Part shown: in pieces, positions 6,809 to 15,408 of the stretch | Numbering within the stretch: position 1 is the stretch's first letter | Layout of the letters: each line of letters starts with the position of its first letter | Virus record (IMG/VR): IMGVR_UViG_3300021255_004328 | Reading direction: 5' to 3' (one strand) | From: a virus | Taxonomy: Duplodnaviria > Heunggongvirae > Uroviricota > Caudoviricetes | Length of the DNA stretch: 35,599 nt | Notes under the pieces: generated by a model | Database searches by the model: none | What the model saw: only the letters and a program-made list of their open reading frames with translations | What the model was told of the DNA's origin: nothing | Position numbers and translations under genes: made by a program

Positions 6809-7234
6809 TTACTTTTTCATATGTTCAAGGATGTGGTCAGTAGGCTGTAATTCACAAGCTTTAACAACTAAACCATCTGCAGGACAACCCGCTCTTTCAA
6901 CTCTTACTTTTGATGTATCTGCAAAAACGTAATCTTTATTATCAACATCATCGTGAACTCTGATTGCTTTCATTCCAATCGAACCTACGAATGTACCAAA
7001 ACCTGTCATCGAGTGCAAGTCAGATGTATCTGAACCATCACGATATACTGAATAAAGAACTGGGTCAGGCTTAGCTTTTTGTCCTTCAGGTGAGTCAAAT
7101 GTTGAGTCAGGACATTCATTAAGAAATGTATCAATTGAAGCAAGTCGCGCTTGAAGAGAAGCAAAGTCACAAGTTAATAAAAAGTAACCTCTTTGTCCAC
7201 CTTCACGACAATTTTCTTTTTTCTTTATAAACAT
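6809..7234 (-). CDS. family A DNA polymerase fragment (motif A) with degenerate intein-like C-terminus
   Basis: YFLLTCDFASLQARLAS...DPVLYSVY...DLHSMT matches PolA motif A through DLH; ORF ends before motif B; tail VxAxELxPTDHI resembles the end of an N-intein. Confidence 0.7.
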   Translation of the reverse strand: MFIKKKENCREGGQRGYFLLTCDFASLQARLASIDTFLNECPDSTFDSPEGQKAKPDPVLYSVYRDGSDTSDLHSMTGFGTFVGSIGMKAIRVHDDVDNKDYVFADTSKVRVERAGCPADGLVVKACELQPTDHILEHMKK

Positions 7235-7293
7235 ATATTCTCCCTAGCACCGAAATGTGCCATAATCTTATATTTTATATTAACTAAATTTTT

Positions 7294-7473
7294 ATGTTAA
7301 AAATCGTAACAGCAAATAATGAATATTACTTATATGACGACTACGACTTTTATGGTCCTTATCATTCAATCGCTGACGCAGCTTTTGCAAGACATACTCT
7401 TTCAAGACAACACAAAATATCAATTGAAGAATCTGCTCAACTTTTAGGATATAAGTTTATCACTAACTTATAA
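7294..7473 (+). CDS. small hypothetical protein (59 aa; below ORF-track cutoff)
   Basis: MLKIVTANNEYYLYDDYDFYGPYHSIADAAF...; ATG lies 4 nt after ACTAAAT (7283-7289) and the ORF fills the intergenic gap. Confidence 0.6.
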   Translation: MLKIVTANNEYYLYDDYDFYGPYHSIADAAFARHTLSRQHKISIEESAQLLGYKFITNL

Positions 7474-7794
7474 AGACTCTTCATATTCAGTATCATAACG
7501 GTATACGATTGCTACTTTTTTATCAATAATGTCTTTTCTTTTTGTAGTCACAACAGTGCAATCAGCGAACTCTTCAACGCTGAAATCATTTTTATGACCG
7601 TTACCAATCATCCAACTTTCGTCTCTTTTATTTTGCACAGCTATAACATCGCCAAGATCTGATTGTTGCTTAATTATCTGTGAGTAACCGCCAATAAAAT
7701 CTTTAGGCTTTACAAATGTTGCTACCCACTGACCGTAGGCGTTTTCATACCAATGAAGTTCTTCAGTTTTTAACTCATCGACAAAATAACTCAT
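7468..7794 (-). CDS. hypothetical protein
   Basis: Start moved to ATG 7794 (GGAG SD); 108 aa. Confidence 0.7.
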   Translation of the reverse strand: MSYFVDELKTEELHWYENAYGQWVATFVKPKDFIGGYSQIIKQQSDLGDVIAVQNKRDESWMIGNGHKNDFSVEEFADCTVVTTKRKDIIDKKVAIVYRYDTEYEESL

Positions 7795-8320
7795 CTGTAA
7801 GTCTCCTATCAGATTGATTATTTTCAAGCTTGTCCATTCTTTCAAGAAGTTTTGCAATAATTTCAAGCATAAACCAATCAGGATTCATATTACCGTTAGG
7901 ATGCGCATTATTTGCATCATCAATAATCTGTTGTGCTTCATTTAGTTTTTCTTGATGATACGCTTCTTCCTCAGCTTTCTTTTTTGCTTCAATCAATTCT
8001 TCAATTTTTGGCTCAACATACTGTTTCCAATTTTTATCGTCAACATCAGAATTTACTCGTGGCCTTCCCATATAATCATAATTGCTTAAAGCCTCTTTTG
8101 CAAAACTAAGAGCATCTTCCTCAGTAAAATTGTCATTAAGTTTTTGAAGATAACAATGATGGCAAAGCCCTTTGAAGCGGTCATCCATTTCCCAAATAAA
8201 AGTTTGCCCTTCTGCTTTGTAAAGATCACCACAATTTTCACACTTAATTGTATTTACCTTTTCTTCAAAAGGACCAAAAAGAAATTTATCTTCGCCATCA
8301 ATGTTTAATTTATATGCCAT
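7775..8320 (-). CDS. hypothetical protein with CxxC...CxxC zinc-finger motif
   Basis: CENC and CHHC; translationally coupled to the helicase stop. Confidence 0.75.
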   Translation of the reverse strand: MAYKLNIDGEDKFLFGPFEEKVNTIKCENCGDLYKAEGQTFIWEMDDRFKGLCHHCYLQKLNDNFTEEDALSFAKEALSNYDYMGRPRVNSDVDDKNWKQYVEPKIEELIEAKKKAEEEAYHQEKLNEAQQIIDDANNAHPNGNMNPDWFMLEIIAKLLERMDKLENNQSDRRLTDELFCR

Positions 8321-9774
8321 TACTGTTCCTCTTTTTCTTCAGGCGCTTTTTCTTCGTCTTCGTCGTCGTCCTCTTCAAGTGGCGTCATTTTCATAATGTC
8401 TGGGTCAAACAAATACTTTCCTAAACGACCGATCTTACCCTGATTTTGTTTAAGCATATGCATTTCACAATAATCTGGAAGATCTTCCCAGAGTTCTTTG
8501 TCTTCGATATAAAGTTCAGCATAATACTTTGGTCTGAACAAACCTACAGCCCAACGAACACGCTCAAGGAATGCTCCTGCATTTTTAATTTGATTTCTTA
8601 CAGGACGGAACCTATTCAAGTCATCGAGGTCATCAATATGTTGTGCTTCACCTTCACCTTTACGATTCATCTGAAGAACAGCAATATAATGGAAACCAAG
8701 TTCCTTTGCCATTGCATTAAGGACGTTGATTGCAACTTCAATACCCTGTGCAAAGTTCATACCTTTTTCATCAGTAATCATAAACTCTTTAATCATTGAA
8801 AGCAAGTCGAACACAACAACCATATATTCTTGGCCAATGTCCTGCTGAAACTTTTTAATGTCCTGCTTAACCTGTGTTAAAGAAATCGAAGCACATTCAC
8901 TGAAACGGAAGTTTGGATTTTGTTTCAATACTGCGAACTGATTTTTGATTTCTTTCTTAACCATCTCAAACATTTCTTTGTCAGGAGGATTGACGATTGT
9001 GTCCATATCAATTCCTGTGTTCAAAGCAATGTCACGGTCAAAAGTATCCATAAGCCCCATTTCCAAAGAATAATACATAAGAGGAACTCTTGACACCATC
9101 ATTCTGTTAATCAAGTTCAAACACCAAGCAGACTTACCCATACCTGTTGCTGCAGCAATCAAACCACCACACCCAGGAGCAGGTCCATACTTTACATACT
9201 TATCAAGGATTGGGTCACCGAACAAATACTGCTTACCGTTCTTACGATCTTCGAAGTTTTCCATATATGTTTTTTCAACATCTTCGAGAGTCATAATACG
9301 CTGCTTTCTTGTTATCGGCATCAAATCACTTTCGCTTTCATACAAAAGTTTTTTGATTTTTTCGTTTACTTCATCACTACGAATTGGATTTTCTGAAACA
9401 AGTTTTCTTACTTCATCAAGACGCTTAAGAGCATTTACAGACATCTTTGTGTCTTGCAACATTTCAACTGCGTCTTTAATAACAACATCTTTATTTGAAT
9501 TGATACCTGCTATAGCTTTGATAACATCAAAAGTAACATTGATGTTTCTTGCTGATGCATCCTGAAATAATGCCTGAGGAGTAAGCGGGATATTGTTATT
9601 TGTAAGTTTTTCGATTGAGTCAAAAATGTCTTTGTAAGTCTCGTGGACGAACAAATCTTTTTCAACGCCTGTTACTTGAAAATTATCTTTATTCACATAA
9701 AGGGCGTTAAGCAATCTCATTTCCGCAACATTTACGGAAGTCTGCTCATCTAAGTTTTCAACCTTTGAATTCAT
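8320..9774 (-). CDS. dnaB: DnaB-like replicative helicase
   Basis: N-terminal DnaB-like region, Walker A AAATGMGKS, YSLEM, VVFDLL, VLQMNR, KQNQG. Confidence 0.9.
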   Translation of the reverse strand: MNSKVENLDEQTSVNVAEMRLLNALYVNKDNFQVTGVEKDLFVHETYKDIFDSIEKLTNNNIPLTPQALFQDASARNINVTFDVIKAIAGINSNKDVVIKDAVEMLQDTKMSVNALKRLDEVRKLVSENPIRSDEVNEKIKKLLYESESDLMPITRKQRIMTLEDVEKTYMENFEDRKNGKQYLFGDPILDKYVKYGPAPGCGGLIAAATGMGKSAWCLNLINRMMVSRVPLMYYSLEMGLMDTFDRDIALNTGIDMDTIVNPPDKEMFEMVKKEIKNQFAVLKQNPNFRFSECASISLTQVKQDIKKFQQDIGQEYMVVVFDLLSMIKEFMITDEKGMNFAQGIEVAINVLNAMAKELGFHYIAVLQMNRKGEGEAQHIDDLDDLNRFRPVRNQIKNAGAFLERVRWAVGLFRPKYYAELYIEDKELWEDLPDYCEMHMLKQNQGKIGRLGKYLFDPDIMKMTPLEEDDDEDEEKAPEEKEEQ

Positions 9775-9794
9775 ATATTTAAATTAACCTCAAA

Positions 9795-10550
9795 TTAGAA
9801 TAAGCTGCCCGTAAACTCGACAGTCGTAGATTGCAAATAATTGTCCAAGAACTGAAGATAACAATTATGTAACTTAACTTCTCTTTCAACAAAGTCTTGA
9901 ATTGAATGAGAAAGTCCATTTGACTCGATGTCTTCAATCTTTACATTACTTACAAATAAAATGCCTTTATTCAACTGGCCTGTTCTTTTACGAATCCAAG
10001 AGTCAAGAAAGGATAACATAAAACCACTTTTATAAAGCTTCATCTTCTCTTTATCAAAAGATTCATCAACAATTACAAGGTCAGTGTTCTCAAGCTTTTC
10101 AATTTTTGCAATTGCTTTTTCTTTTCTTTCTTCATTGAAGTCTTCAGCATCCATAAGAGTATGTATCAAATCATTCATCAATACATATCTTACTGAAAAG
10201 CCTTTTGACAATAAAGACTTACCGACCCAAGATGCAAGTGTTGACTTTTGTGTTCCGTTCGGCCCATACATATAAACCATCAACTGTCTTACTTCTGGAT
10301 TGACTTCAAACTGTTTTACATAATTGATTAGTCGATCTTTATCGGCCACTGACTTTGTTCCTGCGTATGAACGAGGTGAGTAATTGAAGTGGCGCATATC
10401 AAATCCGTTATGTTTGTACTGTTTCTCTAACAAATTTTCTGCTGCCCACTTCTTGTGGCAATCACACTCCGTAGCGACCTGAAAGAAACCTGTCGGGTCA
10501 GTTTTGTATATGTACCCGTCTTTGCATTTACCACAAGATTTAAATTCCAT
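9795..10550 (-). CDS. DnaC/IstB-like AAA+ helicase loader
   Basis: N-terminal CxxC...CxC, Walker A GPNGTQKS, Walker B LVIVDE, SN motif; adjacent to dnaB. Confidence 0.8.
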   Translation of the reverse strand: MEFKSCGKCKDGYIYKTDPTGFFQVATECDCHKKWAAENLLEKQYKHNGFDMRHFNYSPRSYAGTKSVADKDRLINYVKQFEVNPEVRQLMVYMYGPNGTQKSTLASWVGKSLLSKGFSVRYVLMNDLIHTLMDAEDFNEERKEKAIAKIEKLENTDLVIVDESFDKEKMKLYKSGFMLSFLDSWIRKRTGQLNKGILFVSNVKIEDIESNGLSHSIQDFVEREVKLHNCYLQFLDNYLQSTTVEFTGSLF

Positions 10551-10552
10551 AC

Positions 10553-11377
10553 TTAATCATTCCACCAATTTTGCTTTTTTGCTTCATCAAATGCGGACCT
10601 TGCATCAAAAAGTTTTTTGAGGTCATCATAATGACGGTCATAGATATGCATTGAATCTGATGTCCAAATAATTGTACCAACTTCAAGGTCAGGATATGCT
10701 TCTTTCAAATCCTCATACATATTCTGATACACAAAACAGTTCCAAGAAAGATCAGAACAAATAAAGCCGTAACGAACATCGTTACTTCTCATATTGTGCA
10801 CCATATAAAGTTTGTTATCACGAATGAAGAAATGTGAATACATTGTGCATATCATATCGTGCATTCCGTCTCTTTTATAATCTTTATAAATTGAAGGACG
10901 GTTATAAACAATAATTGCATTACGAGTTGTCTTGTCTTTTTTCAAAACATTCAAACACTCATCATACTGACTTCCATTTTCTTCACTGAATACACACCAA
11001 CCATAATTACTGTTGATTTCTTTTTTGTCATCTTTTGTGCAGCAAGACTGCCAAGTTGGGTTGCTTTCAATCCCTTCGTGTCCTATGATTGATAAGTCCA
11101 TAGACTTGTACCAATCAAGTTCCGACTTTACATACTTCTTTGGCGTTTGAAAAGTTTTATCAATGTAAACATAAGGTGAATATGGGTCAAGCTGAATTGT
11201 TCTTGCAAGAAGTTCGGCATAAGAAGATTGTCCTTCAACCTGAGAAGCATTAGCACCTGTCTTTACGACATTACCATTAATTACTTTTTGATATAACGGA
11301 GCAAGAAGCTCATTTTTGATTATATCATCATTATGACGATTAAGCTCAATAGGCTCTTCTACTTTGAATTTTCTCAT
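10553..11377 (-). CDS. dCMP hydroxymethylase-like enzyme (T4 gp42 type, thymidylate synthase fold)
   Basis: ELDWYKS, EINSNYGW, YNRPS, catalytic CT, MRSNDVRYGFICSD (Asp where ThyA has Asn), SMHIYDRH; closely follows T4 gp42 motifs. Confidence 0.8.
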   Translation of the reverse strand: MRKFKVEEPIELNRHNDDIIKNELLAPLYQKVINGNVVKTGANASQVEGQSSYAELLARTIQLDPYSPYVYIDKTFQTPKKYVKSELDWYKSMDLSIIGHEGIESNPTWQSCCTKDDKKEINSNYGWCVFSEENGSQYDECLNVLKKDKTTRNAIIVYNRPSIYKDYKRDGMHDMICTMYSHFFIRDNKLYMVHNMRSNDVRYGFICSDLSWNCFVYQNMYEDLKEAYPDLEVGTIIWTSDSMHIYDRHYDDLKKLFDARSAFDEAKKQNWWND

Positions 11378-11391
11378 ATTGTTATATTAAC

Positions 11392-11431
11392 ATAAAAAAG
11401 GAGCGGCGTTCGTTTTAAATTGCCGCTCCTT
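11392..11431 (-). terminator. intrinsic terminator
   Basis: Stem AAGGAGCGGC (11398-11407) / GCCGCTCCTT (11422-11431) with a T-run on the minus strand. Confidence 0.75.
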
Positions 11432-11465
11432 CAAGGAGTAAATTATGAATTTAATTGATTTGATT

Positions 11466-12182
11466 TTAGTAGTAATTTACAAGTTCACCTTTCAAGTATC
11501 TGACGTGGCGACCTTGAATTGTTCTTGGCTCACAAGTCATATAAGCTTCAGTAAAGGTAAACTTACCGACATTTTCTTTGCCGTGATCTTTTGCAAGTTG
11601 AGTAAAATACTGTGCAAACTTGTCGTTTACGACATAATTGTTACCAACTTCAAAGTCTTTTTCGCCGTCTTTATTGTAATAAGCAGCGACTTTATCTTTT
11701 CCTTTGAAAAGGAAAGAATCCTGTCCAAAGCATTCAACATCAGTTGGGTCGCCTACAAATTCTCCTGCTTCGTTTTGCTGAACAGGATCGAACTGAATAA
11801 GCTGCAAACCAAAATTGAACAAGTCTTCTTCTGACTTTACATTCCTGTCTCTTCCGACTGGGAAGATTATCAAAGAATCTTCGTAAACCTGTTTAGGAGC
11901 ATCAGAGTCAGCGCCTTCGATATATCCGCCTTTTACTGGGATAAAGCTGAACCCGTTATTTTTTACAATGTCCTTAAGCTTTGCAAATCTTGCTCGATTT
12001 TCTTCCTCAGAGCATTCGTTTCTGCTTGATGAAACGATTACATAAGGAAACTTTTCAAGGTTGTTGAAGACACGATTAAGAGAGCGGCGAGATGCTTCTT
12101 TGAAGGAAGTATAACCATCAAGACGACCGCTGTAAATTGGCTCTCTTCGAACATCTTCAAACTCTTCAAGTATCTTTTCCAT
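11466..12182 (-). CDS. conserved phage protein (DUF3293-like)
   Basis: SLNR...IVSSSR...EENRAR..KL...GF..IPVKGGYIE...EDSLII...QDSFL pattern seen in many myoviruses. Confidence 0.6.
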   Translation of the reverse strand: MEKILEEFEDVRREPIYSGRLDGYTSFKEASRRSLNRVFNNLEKFPYVIVSSSRNECSEEENRARFAKLKDIVKNNGFSFIPVKGGYIEGADSDAPKQVYEDSLIIFPVGRDRNVKSEEDLFNFGLQLIQFDPVQQNEAGEFVGDPTDVECFGQDSFLFKGKDKVAAYYNKDGEKDFEVGNNYVVNDKFAQYFTQLAKDHGKENVGKFTFTEAYMTCEPRTIQGRHVRYLKGELVNYY

Positions 12183-12198
12183 ATTTGACTCCTTTTAG

Positions 12199-12516
12199 TT
12201 AGTCAATATCACCCCATAATTCAGGATGCTGCTTCATCATCTTTTTTGCGTTAGGTCCCAAACTCCAAAGTCGGGTTTTTTCACTGTACTTCAAAACTCC
12301 GATACGTCTAAGATGGGCAAGCTGACAATTGTTCACACCGTTTACACGACGTACTTCAACTGATCTTTCCTTGGCTCTGTTCCAAGCACTTGCCTTTATG
12401 TAAGGCTGTACTCCCATCTCTTCATTTATCTGGGCTCGGTTTTGTGGGCCGAGTACATAAATCATATTAACAATTCTGAAAGTAAGCGATGTGCTTTTAA
12501 TTCTTGGACAAATCAT
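12199..12516 (-). CDS. small basic protein, possible winged helix
   Basis: RAQINEEMG and LAHLRRIGVLKY...WSLG. Confidence 0.6.
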   Translation of the reverse strand: MICPRIKSTSLTFRIVNMIYVLGPQNRAQINEEMGVQPYIKASAWNRAKERSVEVRRVNGVNNCQLAHLRRIGVLKYSEKTRLWSLGPNAKKMMKQHPELWGDID

Positions 12517-12527
12517 ATCTTAACTCC

Positions 12528-12818
12528 TTATTCTACAATACCGTCTGTCTTGCTGAACTTATTGAAAACTCTTGCAACTTTTGTAAGAGCAGCATCAACA
12601 TTGTCATTGTCAACTCTTACCTGAAGGATTGCGCCTGTGTTTACAAAGCAAACATCAATTGCATCAAACTTTTCCCACTTTTCTTCTGGGATATAATTCC
12701 CCTTTTCATCGTAATTCAAAAACTCAAACTCGATGTGAATGTTAGGAAATCTTGGGTCAATATAAGTATATCCTTCTTTGCGGGTTTCAAGATATTTTTT
12801 AAGCATTCTTCCTGTCAT
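12528..12818 (-). CDS. hypothetical protein
   Basis: 96 aa, GGAG SD, first gene after the promoter motif at 12850-12878. Confidence 0.75.
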   Translation of the reverse strand: MTGRMLKKYLETRKEGYTYIDPRFPNIHIEFEFLNYDEKGNYIPEEKWEKFDAIDVCFVNTGAILQVRVDNDNVDAALTKVARVFNKFSKTDGIVE

Positions 12819-12849
12819 AATTTGCTCCTTGTTTTCGATTTACAATAAT

Positions 12850-12878
12850 AATATAAAGAAAAAAGGACGGAAGTTTAA
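12850..12878 (-). promoter_or_regulatory. putative early promoter (copy 3)
   Basis: TTAAAC-N17-TATATT; the -35 hexamer lies in the loop of the overlapping terminator. Confidence 0.65.
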
Positions 12879-12887
12879 TTCCGTCCT
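12859..12887 (-). terminator. intrinsic terminator after the SSB-like gene
   Basis: GGACGGAA / TTCCGTCC stem (12865-12886) followed by T6 on the minus strand. Confidence 0.8.
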
Positions 12888-12916
12888 CAATATTTTTAAA
12901 TTATTTCGTAATCAAA

Positions 12917-14401
12917 TTACGCAAAATGCTTTCCGCAGCAAGGGCAAAGTTTGAATGAGTTTGGCGAAAGCTGTCCACAACCGCCATCTGCTGCAGGACA
13001 ATCGAGAAGTGCAGGAGCATTCTCTGTCCATTCAACGTGGTCGAGTGAACCATCAGCCTTAAGAACTACGTCTTTGATGTAAGATTTCTCTTCATCAGTA
13101 AGTTCAGCATATCCCTTAAGAACTGCAATCTTTTCAGCACTCAAACCTGATGTTGCAGCAACTCTTCTTACAGGAGCAGCTGCCTGTGCAGGAGCACTTT
13201 CCTGAACTGTCTCCATCTTATCGAAAGAAGGAGCATCAGCAGGATTGTCTACTGGGATGTCAGCTTCAACCTTTGCAGATTCTGCAACAGTTGCTTCTGC
13301 AGCTTTTTCATCTTTCTTAGGATGTTCTGCCTGCCATTTCTTTGACTCTTCTTCAACAAGGCTGTCCAACTGTTTTGCGAAGTCTGTGTCAAAAGCAAGG
13401 TCAATCTTCTGAATTGATTTGTATAAGTGCTTCTTGATTGTGAAGTAAGAAGTTTCCTTGAAGTTCTTATCAAGGTCGTAACGCTGATAAGTAAGTTCTT
13501 CATCAGTCAAATCATTTTCAAAAGAAATGTATTTATATTCTGATGGGTCAATTCCCATTGACTTGTCAAAGCCGGCTTTAATTGCTTCAGGTGTTGCTGA
13601 AACTGTTCCGTTGAAAAGATTGTTTGTTGTGTCAGTCTTTTCACCTGTTCTTGTGATAACAACATCGAAGTGTTCCCAACCTACTTTGAAGTTCTTACGG
13701 AGCTGTGTAAGTGGACCGAAGAAGCCGTAAGCAGGTACACCTTTTTCAGCAAACTCTGTTGGCTTTCCGTCTTTTGTTACACCTTCCTTTACACTCTTTG
13801 AAAGAAGCTTTGTGTGTTTGTTTGTTTTACACCAATCGTCGCGGCGGTCAATACAGTTGATAAGCAACATCTCAGGAGCTTTCCAACCACGAGCACACTT
13901 GTAAGGCCATTCACCATCAGAAGGAGTGTAACCACCCTTTTTAACCATTTCATAGATTTCAGGATGATCTTCTGCGTGGATTTCAACGCCTACTTTCTTT
14001 CCTGTCTTAGGGTCTTTAATCCATTCTTTCTCAAGAACCTTATCAACAATACGCCAAATCAAGTGGTCCTGCTCAGGGTCATCACCACGAAGAGGGAGAT
14101 AGAGATAGAAAGGTTTACCATCATCACCTTTGATTTTTGAGATGTGCATAAACTTCATATCTGTTGGATTTTTGCGGTGAGCAAGAGGATCTTCCTCAAC
14201 AAAGTTTCCTACGAAACGAACGATTGTAGGGTGGTCTTTTGACAAGCCGACATACTTGATGTCGTCGTAATCGCCGCCTTCTTTTGCGGCTTCCTGTGCA
14301 GCTTTCTTATCAGCGGCTTTCTTTTCCTCGCTGTTAAGCCATTCGTTGAATGCGTCATCATCTTCTGACGATGCTCTTGAGTACATTACTTCATCACTCA
14401 T
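12917..14401 (-). CDS. putative single-stranded DNA-binding protein (gp32-like) with C-terminal zinc ribbon
   Basis: TIVRFVG near N-terminus, acidic and Ala-rich linker, CPxxxGGC...CPCC at the end; ATG 14401 with GGAG SD. Confidence 0.55.
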   Translation of the reverse strand: MSDEVMYSRASSEDDDAFNEWLNSEEKKAADKKAAQEAAKEGGDYDDIKYVGLSKDHPTIVRFVGNFVEEDPLAHRKNPTDMKFMHISKIKGDDGKPFYLYLPLRGDDPEQDHLIWRIVDKVLEKEWIKDPKTGKKVGVEIHAEDHPEIYEMVKKGGYTPSDGEWPYKCARGWKAPEMLLINCIDRRDDWCKTNKHTKLLSKSVKEGVTKDGKPTEFAEKGVPAYGFFGPLTQLRKNFKVGWEHFDVVITRTGEKTDTTNNLFNGTVSATPEAIKAGFDKSMGIDPSEYKYISFENDLTDEELTYQRYDLDKNFKETSYFTIKKHLYKSIQKIDLAFDTDFAKQLDSLVEEESKKWQAEHPKKDEKAAEATVAESAKVEADIPVDNPADAPSFDKMETVQESAPAQAAAPVRRVAATSGLSAEKIAVLKGYAELTDEEKSYIKDVVLKADGSLDHVEWTENAPALLDCPAADGGCGQLSPNSFKLCPCCGKHFA

Positions 14402-14509
14402 TTGTTTTTCTCCTATAGCTCTTTGAGCTCTTAATTTTATTATAAACCTCATTGAGGTTATTTACTTAAATAATATTAACACTTTGTGCTATGTACAATT
14501 AGTGGAATA

Positions 14510-15184
14510 TTAAATTTTGTAAACCTCAATACCAAAGTCCTGCAGGTTCTTTGCGCCGTCTGGCATTCGGTCATAAGCTTCAGCGTAAAAAACCTTCTTT
14601 ATACCTGATTGTGCAATCATCTTTGCGCACCCTGCACAAGGACAAGTCGAACAATAAAGTTCCAAATTTTCATAATTGTCGATTGATGTGTTGCGGCCAA
14701 GTTCAAGTACAGCATTCATTTCAGCGTGAACTTCATAAGCTTCAGAGAACTGATGATGTCTTTCATAGTAACCTTTTGTCAATCTTTCGGTTGGGCTGAA
14801 TACTTCATCGCAGTTCTTAAAGCCTTTAGGTGTGCCGTTTACACCTGTGGAAATTATACGATTATTTTTTACAATAAGGCAACATACCTTGAGGCGAGTA
14901 CAATGTGACATAGCTTTTAATGACTGTGTTGTATCAATAAAAGCTTTCTTAATTCGCCAATCGAAAGAAGCCTGTGGAATACCCTGTTCATTAAGGTGAA
15001 CACAAGTAATTGCAGCTTCTGGGTAATCTTTTGCAATTGATTGTAAGAAAGGATTTTGAAAGTCAACTGGATAATCTGACTTTACCTGATAAACGAAAGC
15101 AACTGGGTTTTCTTTTATCGACTGATCTTTTAACAGTTCCTCAGAACCGTCTGCATAAGTGACATAGAGATTTTTCTCCACCAT
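14510..15184 (-). CDS. dCMP deaminase with N-terminal extension
   Basis: SHCTRLKV, STGVNG, HAEMNA, PCAGCAKMI zinc-binding motifs. Confidence 0.9.
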   Translation of the reverse strand: MVEKNLYVTYADGSEELLKDQSIKENPVAFVYQVKSDYPVDFQNPFLQSIAKDYPEAAITCVHLNEQGIPQASFDWRIKKAFIDTTQSLKAMSHCTRLKVCCLIVKNNRIISTGVNGTPKGFKNCDEVFSPTERLTKGYYERHHQFSEAYEVHAEMNAVLELGRNTSIDNYENLELYCSTCPCAGCAKMIAQSGIKKVFYAEAYDRMPDGAKNLQDFGIEVYKI

Positions 15185-15195
15185 TTTAATGTCTC

Positions 15196-15408
15196 CTACT
15201 TAAGGTCTTTAAGTTTTGTTATTTTTATATTAACAAGTCCCGCAAGTCCCGCTGGGGATTTTCTTGTCCATATTTTGCCTTTTTTATCCTGTGCGGCATA
15301 AAAAGTTGAACCCATAACTGTAAACTTGAACAAAGTTGGGTAGTCTTCATTTCCGTCAATTTGTTTGAAATTTGTCCAAGCTTTTGAAATGTCTTCTGGT
15401 TTAAGCAT
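15196..15408 (-). CDS. hypothetical protein
   Basis: Start moved to ATG 15408 (GAGG upstream); 70 aa. Confidence 0.65.
   Translation of the reverse strand: MLKPEDISKAWTNFKQIDGNEDYPTLFKFTVMGSTFYAAQDKKGKIWTRKSPAGLAGLVNIKITKLKDLK

Noticed and set aside
6809-7234. Canonical splicing intein
   Set aside because: No block-A Cys/Ser start or block-B His, and no HN-C/S/T end within the ORF; kept only as a degenerate Hint-like hypothesis
7235-7270. Stop-codon recoding as the cause of the PolA fragment
   Set aside because: An in-frame TAG at 7244-7246 is followed by TAA at 7268-7270, the fragment ends in TAA, and long genes are intact in the standard code
10553-11377. Ordinary thymidylate synthase (thyA) call
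   Set aside because: Lacks the ThyA-specific Asn and PFN motif; matches T4 gp42 motifs instead
15196-15408. Third member of the KPEDI paralogue family
   Set aside because: Only the pentapeptide KPEDI is shared; no other motif aligns
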